This document shows, one piece after another, positions 20,565 through 33,461 of a stretch of DNA of 64,000 bases. The stretch comes from the human T2T-CHM13v2.0 reference genome, Homo sapiens, in NCBI RefSeq assembly GCF_009914755.1, contig NC_060929.1; one strand, written 5' to 3'. Position 1 is the first letter of the stretch, and each line of letters begins with the position of its first letter. The notes beneath the pieces were generated by a model that did no database searches, was not told the DNA's origin, and was given only the letters and a program-made list of their open reading frames with translations. A program made the position numbers and the translations under genes.

Positions 20565-20982
20565 TATTGTATATATTAAGGTGTACAACATGATTGTTTG
20601 TGTTTTTTTATTTTAGCTTCAGGGGACACATGCTCTGGATGTAGACATCCCCAAGGTACATAGTATATGGTGGGATGCTGAGGTTTGGGCTTTTCTTGTT
20701 CCCATCACCCAAATAATGACCATAGTACTCAGTAGGTAGTTTTTTAACCCTTGGCTCCCTCCCTCACCCTATTTGGAGTTCCCAGTGTCTGTTGTTCCAA
20801 TCTTTGTACCTGCATATGCCCACTTATAAGTGAGAACATGTGGTTTTTGATTTTCAGTTTCTACATTAATTAATTTAGATTAATTACCTCCAGCTTCAGA
20901 CATGTTGCTGAGGGGGACATGATCTCATTCTTTAATATGGCTGCATAGGATTCCCTGGTGTATATGTACCACATTTTATTTT

Positions 20983-23900
20983 GGGAGGTAGAGACTTTTA
21001 ATTTTTTTTATTTCAACTTTTATTTTAGATACAGGGGATAAATGTGCAGATTGGGAGTAATGCATAATTCAGAGGTTTAGAATATGGATCCCATCATCCT
21101 GGTAGGGAGCATGGTACCCGATGGGTAGTTTCAGAACCCACCTACACCTCCCTCCGCCCTCTAGTAATCCTCAGTGTCTATTCTTCCCATATTTATGTCC
21201 ATGTGTGTTAAATGTTTAGCTTCTACTTATAAGTGAGAACATATAGTATTTGGTGTTCTGTTCCTGCATACATTTGTTTAGCATTGTGGCCTCCAGCTCT
21301 AACTATGTTGATGCAAAGGACATGATTTCATTCTTTTCATGGCTGCATATTATTCCATTGCGTATATGTACCACATTTTCTTTATCCAGTCTACCATTGA
21401 TGGGCACCTGGGTTGATTCCATGTTTTTGCTGTTGTGAATAGTACATCAGTGAACACGGAAGTGCATGCATCTTTTTGGTAGACTGATTTATTTTATTTG
21501 GGGTATATACCCAATAATGGGATTGCTGGGTCAAATGGTAGCTCTGTTTAAAGTTCTGTAAAATATATCCAAACTGCTTTCCATAGTGACTGGACTAATT
21601 TACATTTCTACCAACAGCATATAAGCATTCTCTTTTTTCTACCAAGCATTACCAGCATCTGTTTTTTGTTTTGTTTTGGTTTTTTGACTTTTTAATAACA
21701 GGCATTCTGACTGGTGTGGGATGGTATCTCATCATGCTTTTGATTTACATTTTTCTGATTAGTGATGCTGAGCATTTAAAAAATATGTTTCTTGGCTACT
21801 TCTATGTCTTCTTTTGAAAAGTGTCTATTTATGTCCTTTGCCCCCTTTTTAAAAGGGTTATTTGTTTTTCGCTTGTTGATTTCTTCGAGTTCTCTATAGA
21901 TTCTGGATATTAGACCCTTGCTGGATACTTAATTTGCAAATATTTTCTTCCATTCTGTAGGTTGTCTGTTTACTCTGTTGATAGCTTATTTTGCTGTGCA
22001 GAAGCTCTTTAGTTTAATTAGTTCCCACTTGTCAATTTTTGGTTTATTGCAATTGCTTTGGGGGAGTTACCTAAAAGTTTTTGCCAAGGCCGATATTGAG
22101 AGGATATTTTCTAGGTCGTCTTCTAGGATTTTTATAGTTTGAGGTCTTACATTTAAATCTTTAATCCATTTTGAGTTAATTGTTGTATGTGGTAAAAAGT
22201 GTCCAGCTTCAATAACTCTGCATATGGCTTGCCAGTTATTCCAGCACCATTTTTTTGAATGGGGAGTTCTTTCCTCATTGCTTGTTTTTGTCACCCTTGT
22301 TTGAGATCAAATGGTTGTCATTGTGTAGCTATATTTCTGAGTTTTCTATTGTGTTCCATTGGTCTATGTGTCTGGGTTTTTTTTTTTTTCCAGTACAAAA
22401 CTGTTTTGTTTACTGTGGCTTTATAGTATAGTTTGAAGTCGGGCAGTGTGATGCTTCCAGCTTTGTTCTTTTTTATTAGGATTGCTTTGGCTATTTGGGC
22501 TCTTTTTTGGTTCCATATGAATTTTAGAATAGTTTTCTCTAATTCTGTGAAGAATGATGTTGGTAGTTTTGTAGGAATAGCATTGAATCTCTAAATTGCT
22601 TTGGGCAGTATAGTCATTTTTATGATATTGATTCTTCTAATCTATGAGCATGGACTGTTTTTTTTCCAGTTATTTGTGTCATCTCTGACTTCTTTCAACA
22701 GCGTTTTGTGCTTCTCCTCGTAGAGATATTTTACCTCTTTGGTTAGCTGTATTCCCAGGTATTTCATGTTCTTTGTGGGTCTTGTGAGTGGGATTGTGTT
22801 CTTGATTTCACTTTCAGCCTAGATGGTGTTGTTGTACAGATATGCTACTGTTTGTGTACATTGATTTTGTATCCCAAAACCTTACTAAGACTGTTTATCC
22901 ATTCTAGAGCCTTTTGTCAGAGCTTTTAGGATTTTCTGGGTACAAAATCATAACATTAGTGAAGAGAGATAGTTTGACTCCTTCTTTTCCTACTTGAATG
23001 CCTTTTATTTCTTTCCCTTGCTTGATTGCTCTGGCTAGGACTTCCAGTACTATGTTGAATAGGAGTGATGGGAATGGACATCCTTGCCTTGTTCCAGGCC
23101 TCAAGGGAAATAGTTCAAACTTTTGCCCACTCAGTGTAATGTTGGCTGTGGGTTTGTGATAGATGGCTGTTATTATTTTGAGGGATCTTCTTTTAATGCC
23201 TAGTCTGTTGAGAGTTTCTACTTCGAAGGGATGTTGTTTCTTATTTAATGCTTTCTCTACATCTACGAAGATGATCATATGGTTTTTGCTTTTGATTTTG
23301 TATACGTGGTAAATCACATTTATTGGTTTGTGTACATTGAACCAGCTTTATATCTCAGAAATAAAACCTACTTGGTCATAGTGTATATTAACTTTAAAAA
23401 AAAAACTTTTATTTTAGGTTCAGAAGTACATGTGAAGGTTTTTAACATCATAGGTGAACTCGTGTCACAGGGATTTGTTGTGCAGATTATTTCATCACCC
23501 ACGTATTAGGCCCAGTACCCAATAATTATCTTTTCTTTTCATCATTTAGCTCTCACTTATAAATGAGAACATGTTGTATTTGATTTTCTGTCTCTACGTT
23601 AGTTTGCTAAGGATAATAGCCTCTAGCTCCATTCATGTTCCCAAAAAAGACATGTATTAAGTTTTTTTATGTGCTGCTGGATTCAATTTGCTAGTATTTT
23701 GTTGAGGACCTTTATGTGTATGTTTGTGAGGGATATTGGTCTGAAGTTTCCTTTTTTCGTTGTGTCTTTGTCAGATTTTGATATCAGGCTGATGGTGGCT
23801 TCATAGAATGTGTTAGGGAGGAGCCCCTCCTCCTCAATTTTTTGGAATAGTTTTAATATTGTTGGTATATTGGCATTTCTTTGTGTGTCTGGTAGAATTT

Positions 23901-26900
23901 GGCTGTGAATTTATCTGGTCGGGGCTTTTTTTTTTGAGGGGGTGCTCCTTATTACTGTTTCAATTTCAGAAGTTGATATTGGTCTATTCAGGGTTTCAAT
24001 CTGTACCTCATTTAATCTTGGAAGATAGTGTACTTCCAGGAATTTGTCCATTTCCTCTAGATTTTCTAATTTGTGTGCATACAGTTGTTCATAGTAGTCT
24101 CTGATATCTTTTGTATGTTGTAATATCACCTTTGTCATTTCTGATTGTCCTTATTTCGATCTTCTCTTTCTGTTTTATTTTGGTTAGTTTAGCTAGGGGC
24201 CCATCAGTCTTATTTATTTTTTTCAAAAAAACCATCTGCATTTCATTGATCTTTTGTATGGAATTTGCATTTCAATTTCAACAAGTTATTCTCTAATTTT
24301 AGTTATCTATTTTCTTCTGCTAGTTTTGGGTTTGGTTTGTTATTTTTTATTCCAGTTCCTTTAGGTGTAACAATAGATTGTTAACTTGAGACTTTCTAAT
24401 TTCTTGATGAAGGAGTTACGAGCTATAAACTTTCCTTGTAACACTGCTTTTGCTGCATCCCAGAGATTTTGGTAAGTTGTGTACCTATTTACATTAATTT
24501 CAAGTTTTAAAAAATGTTTGCCTTAATTATGTTTACCCAGGAGTTATTCAGGAGTAAGTTGTTTAATTTCCATGTATTTGTATCATTTTGAGAGATACTC
24601 TTGGTATTGATTTCTATTTTTTATTGCACTGTGGTCCAAGAGTGTGTTTGGTTTGGTATGATTTTAATTTTTTTGGATTTATCAAGGCTTGCTTCACCAC
24701 CAAGCATGTGGTTGATCTTAGAATATGTTCCATGTGCAGATGAGAGGAATGTATATTCTGTAGTTGTAGGGTAAAGTATTCTGTAGGTGTCATTAGGTAC
24801 AGTTGGTCAAGTGTCAAGTTGAAGTCCAGAGTTTCTTTGTGAGTTTTTTGCCTCCGAGATCTGTCTAACACTGTCAGTGGGGTGTTAATGTCTCCCACTA
24901 TTATTCTGTGATTGTCTAAGTCTTTTTGTTGGCCAGGAACCCATTTTATGAATCTGGGTGCTCCAATGTTGGGGGTGTATATATTTAGAATAGTTAAGGC
25001 TTCTTGTTGGATTGTACCCTTTATCGTTATGTAATGCCCTTCATTGTCCTTCTTAATTTTGATTGGTTTAAAGTTTGTTTTATCTGATACAGGAATAGAC
25101 TCCTGCTCTTTTTGGTTTTCCATTTGCATGCTACATATTAGTCCACTCTTTTATTTAGCCCTTGGATATCATTATATGCGAGGTGGGTCTCTTAGAGACA
25201 ACAGATGTTTGCGTCTTGTCTTTGTATCCAGTCTGACACTGTGTCTTTTAAGTTAGACATTTAGACTATTTATACTCAAGGTTAGCATTGATATGTGTGA
25301 TTTTTATCCTGTCATAGTGTTGCTAGCTGGTTGTTATGTAGACTTGATGCGTAGTTGCATTTTATAGTGCCTGTGGGCCGTATGCTTAGATGTGCTTTTG
25401 TGATAGCAAGTGTCCTTCTTTAGAATCCATATTTAACAGTCCCTTAAAAACTTCTTGTAAGACTGGTCTAGTTGAAACATATTCCCGCAATATTTGCCTG
25501 TCTGAAAAGGATTTTATTTCTCCCTCACTTATGAAACTTAGTAAGGCAGAATATTAAATTCTTGGTTGGGTTTTCTTTTCTTAAAGGACACCGAAAATAG
25601 GCCCTCAATGTCTTCTGGCTGATAAAAGTTTCTGCTGAGAGGTCTTCTGCTAGCCTGATGGGGTTCCTTCTTTAGGTTACCTGAACCTTCCTCTCTAGCT
25701 ACTTTTAAGATATTTTCTTTTTCACTGGCCTTAGTGAATCTGATGACTATGTGTCTTGGGGATGGTTGCCTTGTATAGTATCTGGCTGGAGTTCTCTGTA
25801 TTTCTTAGATTTTCATGTCAACCTCTCTAGCAAGATTAAGGAAATTGCTGTGGAATATATCCTCAAATATAATGCTCAAGTTGCTTATTCTCCCTTCTTC
25901 TCTCTCAGGAATGCCACTGAGTCACAGGTTTGTCTCTTTACATGATCCTGTATTTCTCAGAGGTTTTGCTCATTTTTCTTAATTCTTCTGTCTCTATTTT
26001 TGTCTGATTTAGTTGATTTGAAGCATTAGCCTGAAGACTCTTTCCTCAGCTTGGCTATGCTGCAGTTAATACTTTCAAATGTATTATGAAATTATCATAC
26101 TGAATTTTTCAGCTCAAGAAGCTCAGTTTGGATTTTTCTTAAAATGGGAGTTTCATCTTTCAGCTCTTGAATAGTTTTACTGTATTGTTTCACTATGTTA
26201 GATTGTTTCAAGTTTCTTCTTGATTTCAATGAGCTTCCTTGCCATCCAGATTCAGAGTTCCATGTCTGTTATTTCAGACAATTCAGACAAGTTAAGAACC
26301 ATCACTGGGGAGCTAGTGGGCTCATTTGGAGGTAAGGGAACACTCTGGCTTTTTGAATTGCCAGAGTTATTTCACTGATCCTTTCCCACCTGGCAGGGCT
26401 GGTATTTCCTTAGTTGTGGTGTAAACTGAGAATTGCCTATTGCCTTCATTTTTGGAATTTCAGAAGACTAATGCTTTGTACAGATTCTTTGTTGTAGCGT
26501 TCTTGCTGTTTCCAATGAGAGAGAATTTTTGATGTAGTTTGGGCTGCGATCCAATAGATGGCACTTGAGAGCCATAGGCAGTTCCTAGCCACACAGTTCC
26601 TTTGTATATCTTCACATTTGCAGTTGTGTTCTGCAGTGCGATGGGGATAGAGGTGACACCCTCACCAGATCTGCTCAAAGGCCCCCGGGGAGCTACCCCT
26701 GATCACCAGCAATCTTCTCATGATTTTCTTTCCTGTTGCTGTTAGGTCTTTCAGGCCACAGGGCTCCCTTGGGGAGAAGTCCCTTAGAGAATCAGGCCAC
26801 ACCCCAACCGAGTGGAAGGAGGCACAGCCAGGTCCCACATCAGCCCATCAAACTGTGCAACCCAGCTCTTCCAGTTTTCTGAGAGTGTGACTCCTGCCCC

Positions 26901-27701
26901 TTTCAAATGCAGAGCACAGCTCGCAGCTCAGTACTTCTGAGCCACAGGCCATAGCTCTAAGGTACTAGGACCCTCTCACAGCTCCCTCCTCCGGTCGCTT
27001 GGAGTTGGGTTTTGGGTGCAGCCTGACATCTAAAGGACATCTACGTTGCTGGAAAGTATGTAGGTGGAGCAAAGCAACTGAGCTGGGAAGCAGAGGCTGC
27101 ATTATATACACACTTGTATGGAGTAGCCAGGCAGTGGCCCTAGGAGAGGCTGGCGGATAGGTGGGCCTGCAGGAAAGATAAGTCCCAGTCCCAGGGAGAA
27201 ACTGGCCTGGCTTTCCCCATAGCCATAAGCTGGGGCCACAGCCTCTCAAAGGTAGATGGGCAGCCCTAGGGGATGGGTGCTTACAGCTGAGCTTTGCCAG
27301 AGCTGATCCACTCAAAGGTCCCCAGCTTTGTGCTTGCTGCAGCTCCATCTCCATCTAATCTCCAGGGAGAATCCCCTGCCGGCTCACACATTCATGGGCT
27401 GTGGGGTCACTGCAGCTAGGATTCCAAAGGTTTGCAGCAAGAGTGAACAGTCCCCCAGTCCCTTCACTCATCCATACCCAGGCATCTTTTGGAGCAGTGA
27501 ACCAGACGTAGCATTTAGATAACCACATAGGGTTCCTAGTCTCCTCTCTCATCAGCATCAGTGACTGTGTCTTCACCATCCACATTTGGCATTTTCTCCC
27601 CAAAGGTCTGTACAAATTATGTTGGTATGGCCAAAATCCTGGTTTCTCTCTGTGAGAGTGGCGCTTCCCAGTTGCATCTAGTTACTTATCTTAAACACAT
27701 A
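20983..27701 (-). mobile_element. Full-length old L1PA15/16-like LINE-1 (decayed)
   Basis: 3' UTR near 21000; ORF2 remnants (ORFs 22067-22294, 22904-23317, 23911-24138, EN 24614-25129); ORF1 region about 25400-26400; GC-richer 5' UTR to about 27700; TSD accacattttattt 20968-20981 / accacattttcttt 27702-27715. Confidence 0.88.
23396..23654 (-). mobile_element. Short L1PA13/14-like 3' fragment nested in the ORF2 of the full-length L1
   Basis: ttttattttaggttcag...gattatttcatcaccca...ttgctaaggataatagcc; approximate TSD tattaacttt 23386-23395 / tattaagttt 23655-23664. Confidence 0.8.
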
Positions 27702-27901
27702 ACCACATTTTCTTTATCCAGTTGACCATTGATGTACACTTGGGTTAATTCCATGTCTTTACTATTATGAATAGTACTGAGATAAACATATAAGTAAAGG
27801 TATCTTTTTTATGGAAAATTTATTTCCTTTGGGGTATGTAATCAGTAATAGGGTTGTTCAGTCAAATGATAATTCTATTTTTAGCTCTTCGAGAAATCTT
27901 C

Positions 27902-28611
27902 TGATATAGTTTGGATATGTATCCTCTCCAAATCTCATGTTGAAACGTGATCCTCAATTTTGGAGGTGGGGCCTACTGAGAGATATTTGGGTAATGAGGT
28001 TGGATCCCTCAGGAACAGCTTGGAGCCCTCCTGGAGGTAATGAGTGAGTTCTTGCTGAGTTCAAAGGAGATCTGGTTGTTTAAAAGAGTGTAACACTTCC
28101 CCATCAATCTTGCTTCCTCCTTTGCCATGTAACATGCTGACTCATTTCCCCTTCCCCTTATGCTATGATTGTAAGCTCCCTGAGGCAGATGCCAGCACCA
28201 AGCTTCCTTTACAGTCTACAGAACCATGAGCCAAAATAAAACTCTTTTCTTTACAAATTGCCTAGTCTCAGGTATTCTTTTATAGCAGGGGTCCCCAACC
28301 CCTGGGCCATAGACCAGTACAGATTTGTGGCCTGTTAGGGACCCTGCCACAGAGCAGGAGGTGAGTAACCAGCAAGCATTACCCCTGAGCTCCGCCTCCT
28401 GTCAGATCAGGGGCAGCCTTAGATTCTCATAGGACTGTGAACTCTACTGTGAGCTACACATGCAAAGTATCTAGGTTATGTTCTTTATGACAGTCTAACT
28501 AATGCCTGATGATCTGAGGTGGAACAGTTTCATCCCAAAACTATCTCCGCAACTCTGCCCTGTTCATGGAAAAATTGTGCCAAAAAGGTTAGGGACCACT
28601 GCTTTATAGCA
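27902..28611 (+). mobile_element. MST (MSTB-like) MaLR solo LTR, interrupted by MER1
   Basis: tgatatagtttggatatgt start; ggaggtggggcctac; agaaccatgagccaaaataaa; near-TSD tcttc 27897-27901 / tctcc 28612-28616. Confidence 0.88.
28286..28601 (+). mobile_element. MER1B-like hAT-Charlie DNA transposon
   Basis: TIRs caggggtccccaacc ... ggttagggaccactg; 8-bp TSD ttttatag 28278-28285 / ctttatag 28602-28609. Confidence 0.9.
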
Positions 28612-28945
28612 TCTCCAAATGGCTTCACACAGAGGCTGAAATAGTTTACATTCCTATCAACAGTGTATAAAGTGTATATTCCCTTTTCCCTGCAACCTCG
28701 CCTATGTATGTTATTTTTTGATGATGTTATTTTTTGATGGTTATATTTTTAATAATAGCCATTCTGACTGGTGTGAGACGTTATCTTATTGTGGTTTTGA
28801 TGTTTATCTCTCTAATGATTAGAGATGTCAAGCATTTTTTCATCTTTTTTTGGCCACATGTATGTCTTCTTTTAAGAATTGTCTGTTCATGCTCCTTGCT
28901 CACTTTTTAATGGGGTAATTTGTCTTTTATTGTTGATTTGTTTAA

Positions 28946-29620
28946 GTTTGATTTGTTTCATTTTATTGATTGTTTCCTTTGGTGTGCAGAAGCTTTTAAG
29001 TTTGATGTAGTGCCACTTACTTATTTTTGCTTTTGTTACCTGTGCGTTTGGTGTCATGTTCAAAAAAATCAGTGCCAAAACCAATGTTAAGAAGAGTCTT
29101 CCCTATTTTTTCTTATAGGAGGTTTACAGTTTCTATCCTTAAGTATTTAATCCACTTTGGGTTGATCTTTGTGTGTGGTGTAAGATGAGTCCTATTGCAT
29201 TCTTTTGCATGTAGATATCCAGTATTTCCAACACAATTTATTGAAGAGGCTACCCTTTTCTCATTGTATATTCTTGGCGTCCATGTCAAAATTAGTTGAC
29301 CTTATATGCATGGGTTATTTCTGGGCTCTCTATTCTGCCCCATCAGTCTATGTGTCTGTTTTCATGCCAGGACCATACTTCTTTGGTTACTATAGTCTTA
29401 TAGCATAATTTGAAATCAAGAAGTGTGTCTCCAAACTTGCTCTTTTTTTGTCAAGATTGTATTGGCTATTTGGGGATTTTTGTGGTTCCATACCAATTTT
29501 AGAATAGGTTTTTCTATTTCTGTAAAAAAAGTCATTGGAATTTTGATAGAGATGGCATTTAATCTGTAGATCTTTTTTGGTAGTATAGACATTTTAACAA
29601 TATTAATTCTCCAATCCAGT
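28946..29620 (-). mobile_element. L1MA/MB-like ORF2 fragment (probable continuation of the 19.6 kb element)
   Basis: ORF 28887-29084 ([21 protein letters not shown]); aatttattgaagagg, ttggaattttgatag motifs. Confidence 0.75.
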
Positions 29621-29984
29621 ACAGTCTGCTTGCTGCAATTCAGACCATCTTCACGGCTCCTTCATGAATCATGTTTATCTAAAATAACCCAATAAATGTG
29701 CACTTGAAACCTGCCAACTGATTTTTTTATAAAGTACAACATGTTTAAATTCCCCTCAGGTAACCTATTGTCTTAAAAAATGCTCCTATAATATGAAAAA
29801 AGTCTTACTGGTACAGTTAATCACCATGAGTTATCCATTCCACATAATTTATTGCTAGGTTTCCTAGGTTTTTTTAGAATTTAATTGTGATGGAAGATGT
29901 GATCACAAAATAATGATTACATTTGACATTCTGTTGTCTCATAATACATCTGTTTAGCCCTTATTAATTGCATAAATTTGAGCC

Positions 29985-30140
29985 AATCAATCTCTAAATA
30001 AAATTTGTTCATTTGTAAAAGGAGGACAATAATAGTTGCAGATTCATGGAGCTCTTGGGAAATTATAGAGAAATAATCCAAGTAAGGTAGTGACCACTGA
30101 ATCTGGTACAAGGTATATACTAAATAAATGGTGCACATAG
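29985..30140 (+). mobile_element. MIR SINE
   Basis: catttgtaaaaggaggacaataatag...tctggtacaaggtatatactaaataaatgg. Confidence 0.55.
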
Positions 30141-30229
30141 TCTTGTCTTATTTTATATTACATCATGCATAAAATGCATACAAGCATCATGAAACTCAAG
30201 CACTCATTACTCTCTTGGAAAATATTATT

Positions 30230-30592
<363 letters not shown>

Positions 30593-31530
30593 TAAGACAA
30601 TACTTCAATGTATACAAATGCCCATATATACTCTGTATAACATGATTACATTTTTAAAAGATAATATATTCTAAATAACTTTACTATGACTATAAGAAGT
30701 TATAATTTAAGTAACACATAAAAGTAAATTGAAATGGTATTTGTATAACTATAACTCAATCTTAACATTCATAATGGTCAGAATTATTGTACATAAATGT
30801 AGCTTTATGAATGCAGTTAATTTGACTTAATTTGCAAATGAGCACTTTTAAATAATGATTTTGAATGTTCATATAATAAAGAAAAGGAACACACCATTCT
30901 CTAACATTTTTAAATAAAATATTCACTTATAGGGTTAATTTATTGTCAAGATATAAACAAAAAATACATGTGATTATCTAATGGAATATAAATATTATAA
31001 TTATATATCAAGAATTCTGTAGGAACTCTCAGGAGAGTAGACTATACATCTATACCCCATTAACTTTGATCTTGGTCACACGACTTGCTTTAACCAAGGA
31101 AACTCTCACCCACATGAAATGGTGCCACACCAGGCAGGGACTTTGAAAGGTGCTACATACTTCTATTTGCCCTCTTGCCTTCTGCTATCTGCTACAAAAA
31201 GAGCATACCCCCAATGACTGCTATTTATTTTACCTCTGTTTTAGAATCAGAGATACGCAGAACAACCTTGAATCCAAACCTAGCGTATTGCACCCAAGCC
31301 ACAAATTGATTATCCAATTCATGGCTAAAAAATATTGTCACAGCAAAATGATTAACAGAGAAATGGAATTCATTTTACTTTTTCTTCATAGAGAGAGGCA
31401 TTTTCTATCAGGATGACATGTATAAGAAAAACAAATTAAAAAGTATAAAAAAGATATAAATAGATACCTTATATAAAAGAATAAAAATTACTCTGTTCAC
31501 ATTAAAGACTAGTTTTTTTAGATGTCAAAT

Positions 31531-31585
31531 TTATCATGAACATTTTAAGTTATCATGAACATTTAAGTTATCATGAACATTTAAG
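31531..31585. repeat. 18-bp minisatellite, 3 copies
   Basis: ttatcatgaacatt(t)taag x3. Confidence 0.9.
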
Positions 31586-32478
31586 TAAACTTGAGTTTAC
31601 TTTCACTGCTAAAATATCCTGCTGCACTTCTTTAAGAAGAGCATGCTTTGAGTACATCAAATACATGTGCTATTCTCACAATGTGTACAATTGGAGAGTT
31701 GAGGTTATAACAACCATTATATGCGCTTTAAAAGTCCACCTATAAACACCAGTTAGACCTGCTGACTAACAAATTCAAGGCTCTTTATCTCTGTAAATGA
31801 CCTCTTTAATCATGGGACCTGTATACAGTTATTTTTCTTGGATCTTCTCCTAAAACTTCCAGCAGGATAAGCAGTCAAGCCATACTTCATGACTACAGTT
31901 TTGACATGTTGACATGCTTTATTCACTATCTAGCTTCTTGGTTATTTGAGTCATTTAATATATTAAGTGATTTCAGCTCCTCTATGTAGAAGTCTTAAAA
32001 ACCTATACTAGTGCTAGAGCAGTCTGTTGAGGGAAGTAACATAAAATAACTCCGAAGACAAGTTTTCCTGTTTTCTCCATTTTTTGTAGTTTTTTTCTGT
32101 TCCAGTTCTCTACCTTATCTTATCTTCTAAAATTCTTTCTATGTTATTAATTATTTAAATGATGGAGAGCTCTGAAAATTAGGCCAAAGACATTACTGGT
32201 TATGTAAAAGATAACATAAATTAAAAGACATAGTATATCTAAATGAAAATGACCTACTTGCTGTCATGTTACAATATACTACACAGTGAGCCAAAGGAAA
32301 TTAATAAATATCTAAAGTACCTTCTATCATATTTGCCTGATTTTATTTTCATAAAGATCATTATCCATGAAGGTAGAATAAATGTACTTCATCTTCCAGT
32401 AGACCCACAGAATACTATCATAACATGATAATTATCATTTAATAGAAAGTATGTTCTAGGACTTTGCACTAAACATAG

Positions 32479-32850
32479 GTGTTAGAATCAGCTACATTCT
32501 TTTGTGGTAACAAATAAAGCATAAATTATCAGTGACTGAGTACTATAAAAATTTATTTCTCATTTGTGAAAAGTCAGTGCAGCCAGGTAGGGGTTTCCCT
32601 CCACCTTCTGATGGCTGCTTTCCATGATTTCTAGGATTGTCAAGGCAGAGAAAGAGAGATGGAAGAGAAAAAGAAACATACTAACTTATACATGCCTCTG
32701 ACTAAAGGAAACACATCATTTTAACTCACATTCCCATTCCAGAACAGTCATATGGTCCTGCACTAACTTTGATTTTGACTTCTGAATGTTGTCATACTGT
32801 CAGTCCATAAAGCGAAAATCATCAGTTGAACAATTAGAACTGTCTTCACT
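32479..32850 (-). mobile_element. Old MLT1 (MLT1K/L-like) MaLR LTR
   Basis: tcagtgact...aaaaatttatttctcattt; acacatcattttaactcacattccc...agtcatatggtcctgcactaact. Confidence 0.55.
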
Positions 32851-33047
32851 AAATGATGAAATATGCTATCCTTTTAAATATATTCATATTTCTATGAATT
32901 TATTCTCATGATTATTAATTGCATGCAATCCCAGACTTCTTCCAAACTCAGGTCTGCAATTTTGTACCTGTCAGCATATTTATAATCATAGGATTGTTGA
33001 GAAAATTTTAAAATATATTTCTAGAAACAGATTAGCTAATTGGCCAT

Positions 33048-33461
33048 AGTTCTGCAGTGGATAAATCTATGTAAACCTGACCCCAAAGTCTGAGGAATCT
33101 TAGGCCAAAGAAAGAGGCTGACAAATCCAGTTTCCTACAAAGAAACATTTAATAGGGACTTACAAACAGAAGACCTGTCTGTGTCTCAGGCGGCAGTGAG
33201 ACAAGATGGTAGATCCCCATGCCATTATCCTGCAGACCATAGGAGAGGGATAGTTTAGAAGAGATGTGTAGGACAATTGAAATACAATAACATTAAGGTT
33301 ATTGACCTAAGGGCAGGATTTATGGTAAGTACCTGCTGTACCTGCTCTTACACAACAAGCAATAGATAGACTGAAATCTTAGAGGTCTTCCAGGAACAGG
33401 GGTTAATCAGAAGCCAACATGGCAGATTAGCTTCCAAGATAGAGTTGCTTTGCCCTCCACA
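33048..33461 (-). mobile_element. ERVL solo LTR (LTR47-like)
   Basis: Minus strand begins tgtggagggcaaagcaactctatcttggaagctaatctgccatgttgg; 5-bp TSD gccat 33043-33047 / 33462-33466. Confidence 0.75.

Larger units (their letters stand above)
20600..28945 (-). mobile_element. L1PA16/17-like 3' fragment acting as host (pieces about 20600-20982, 27702-27901, 28612-28945)
   Basis: Antisense 3' UTR stops at tatatgtaccacatttt and resumes at accacattttctttatccag (27702), then again after the MST element. Confidence 0.75.

Noticed and set aside
28706-28750. 16-bp tandem tgttattttttgatga repeat
   Set aside because: Trivial slippage in a T-rich L1 segment.
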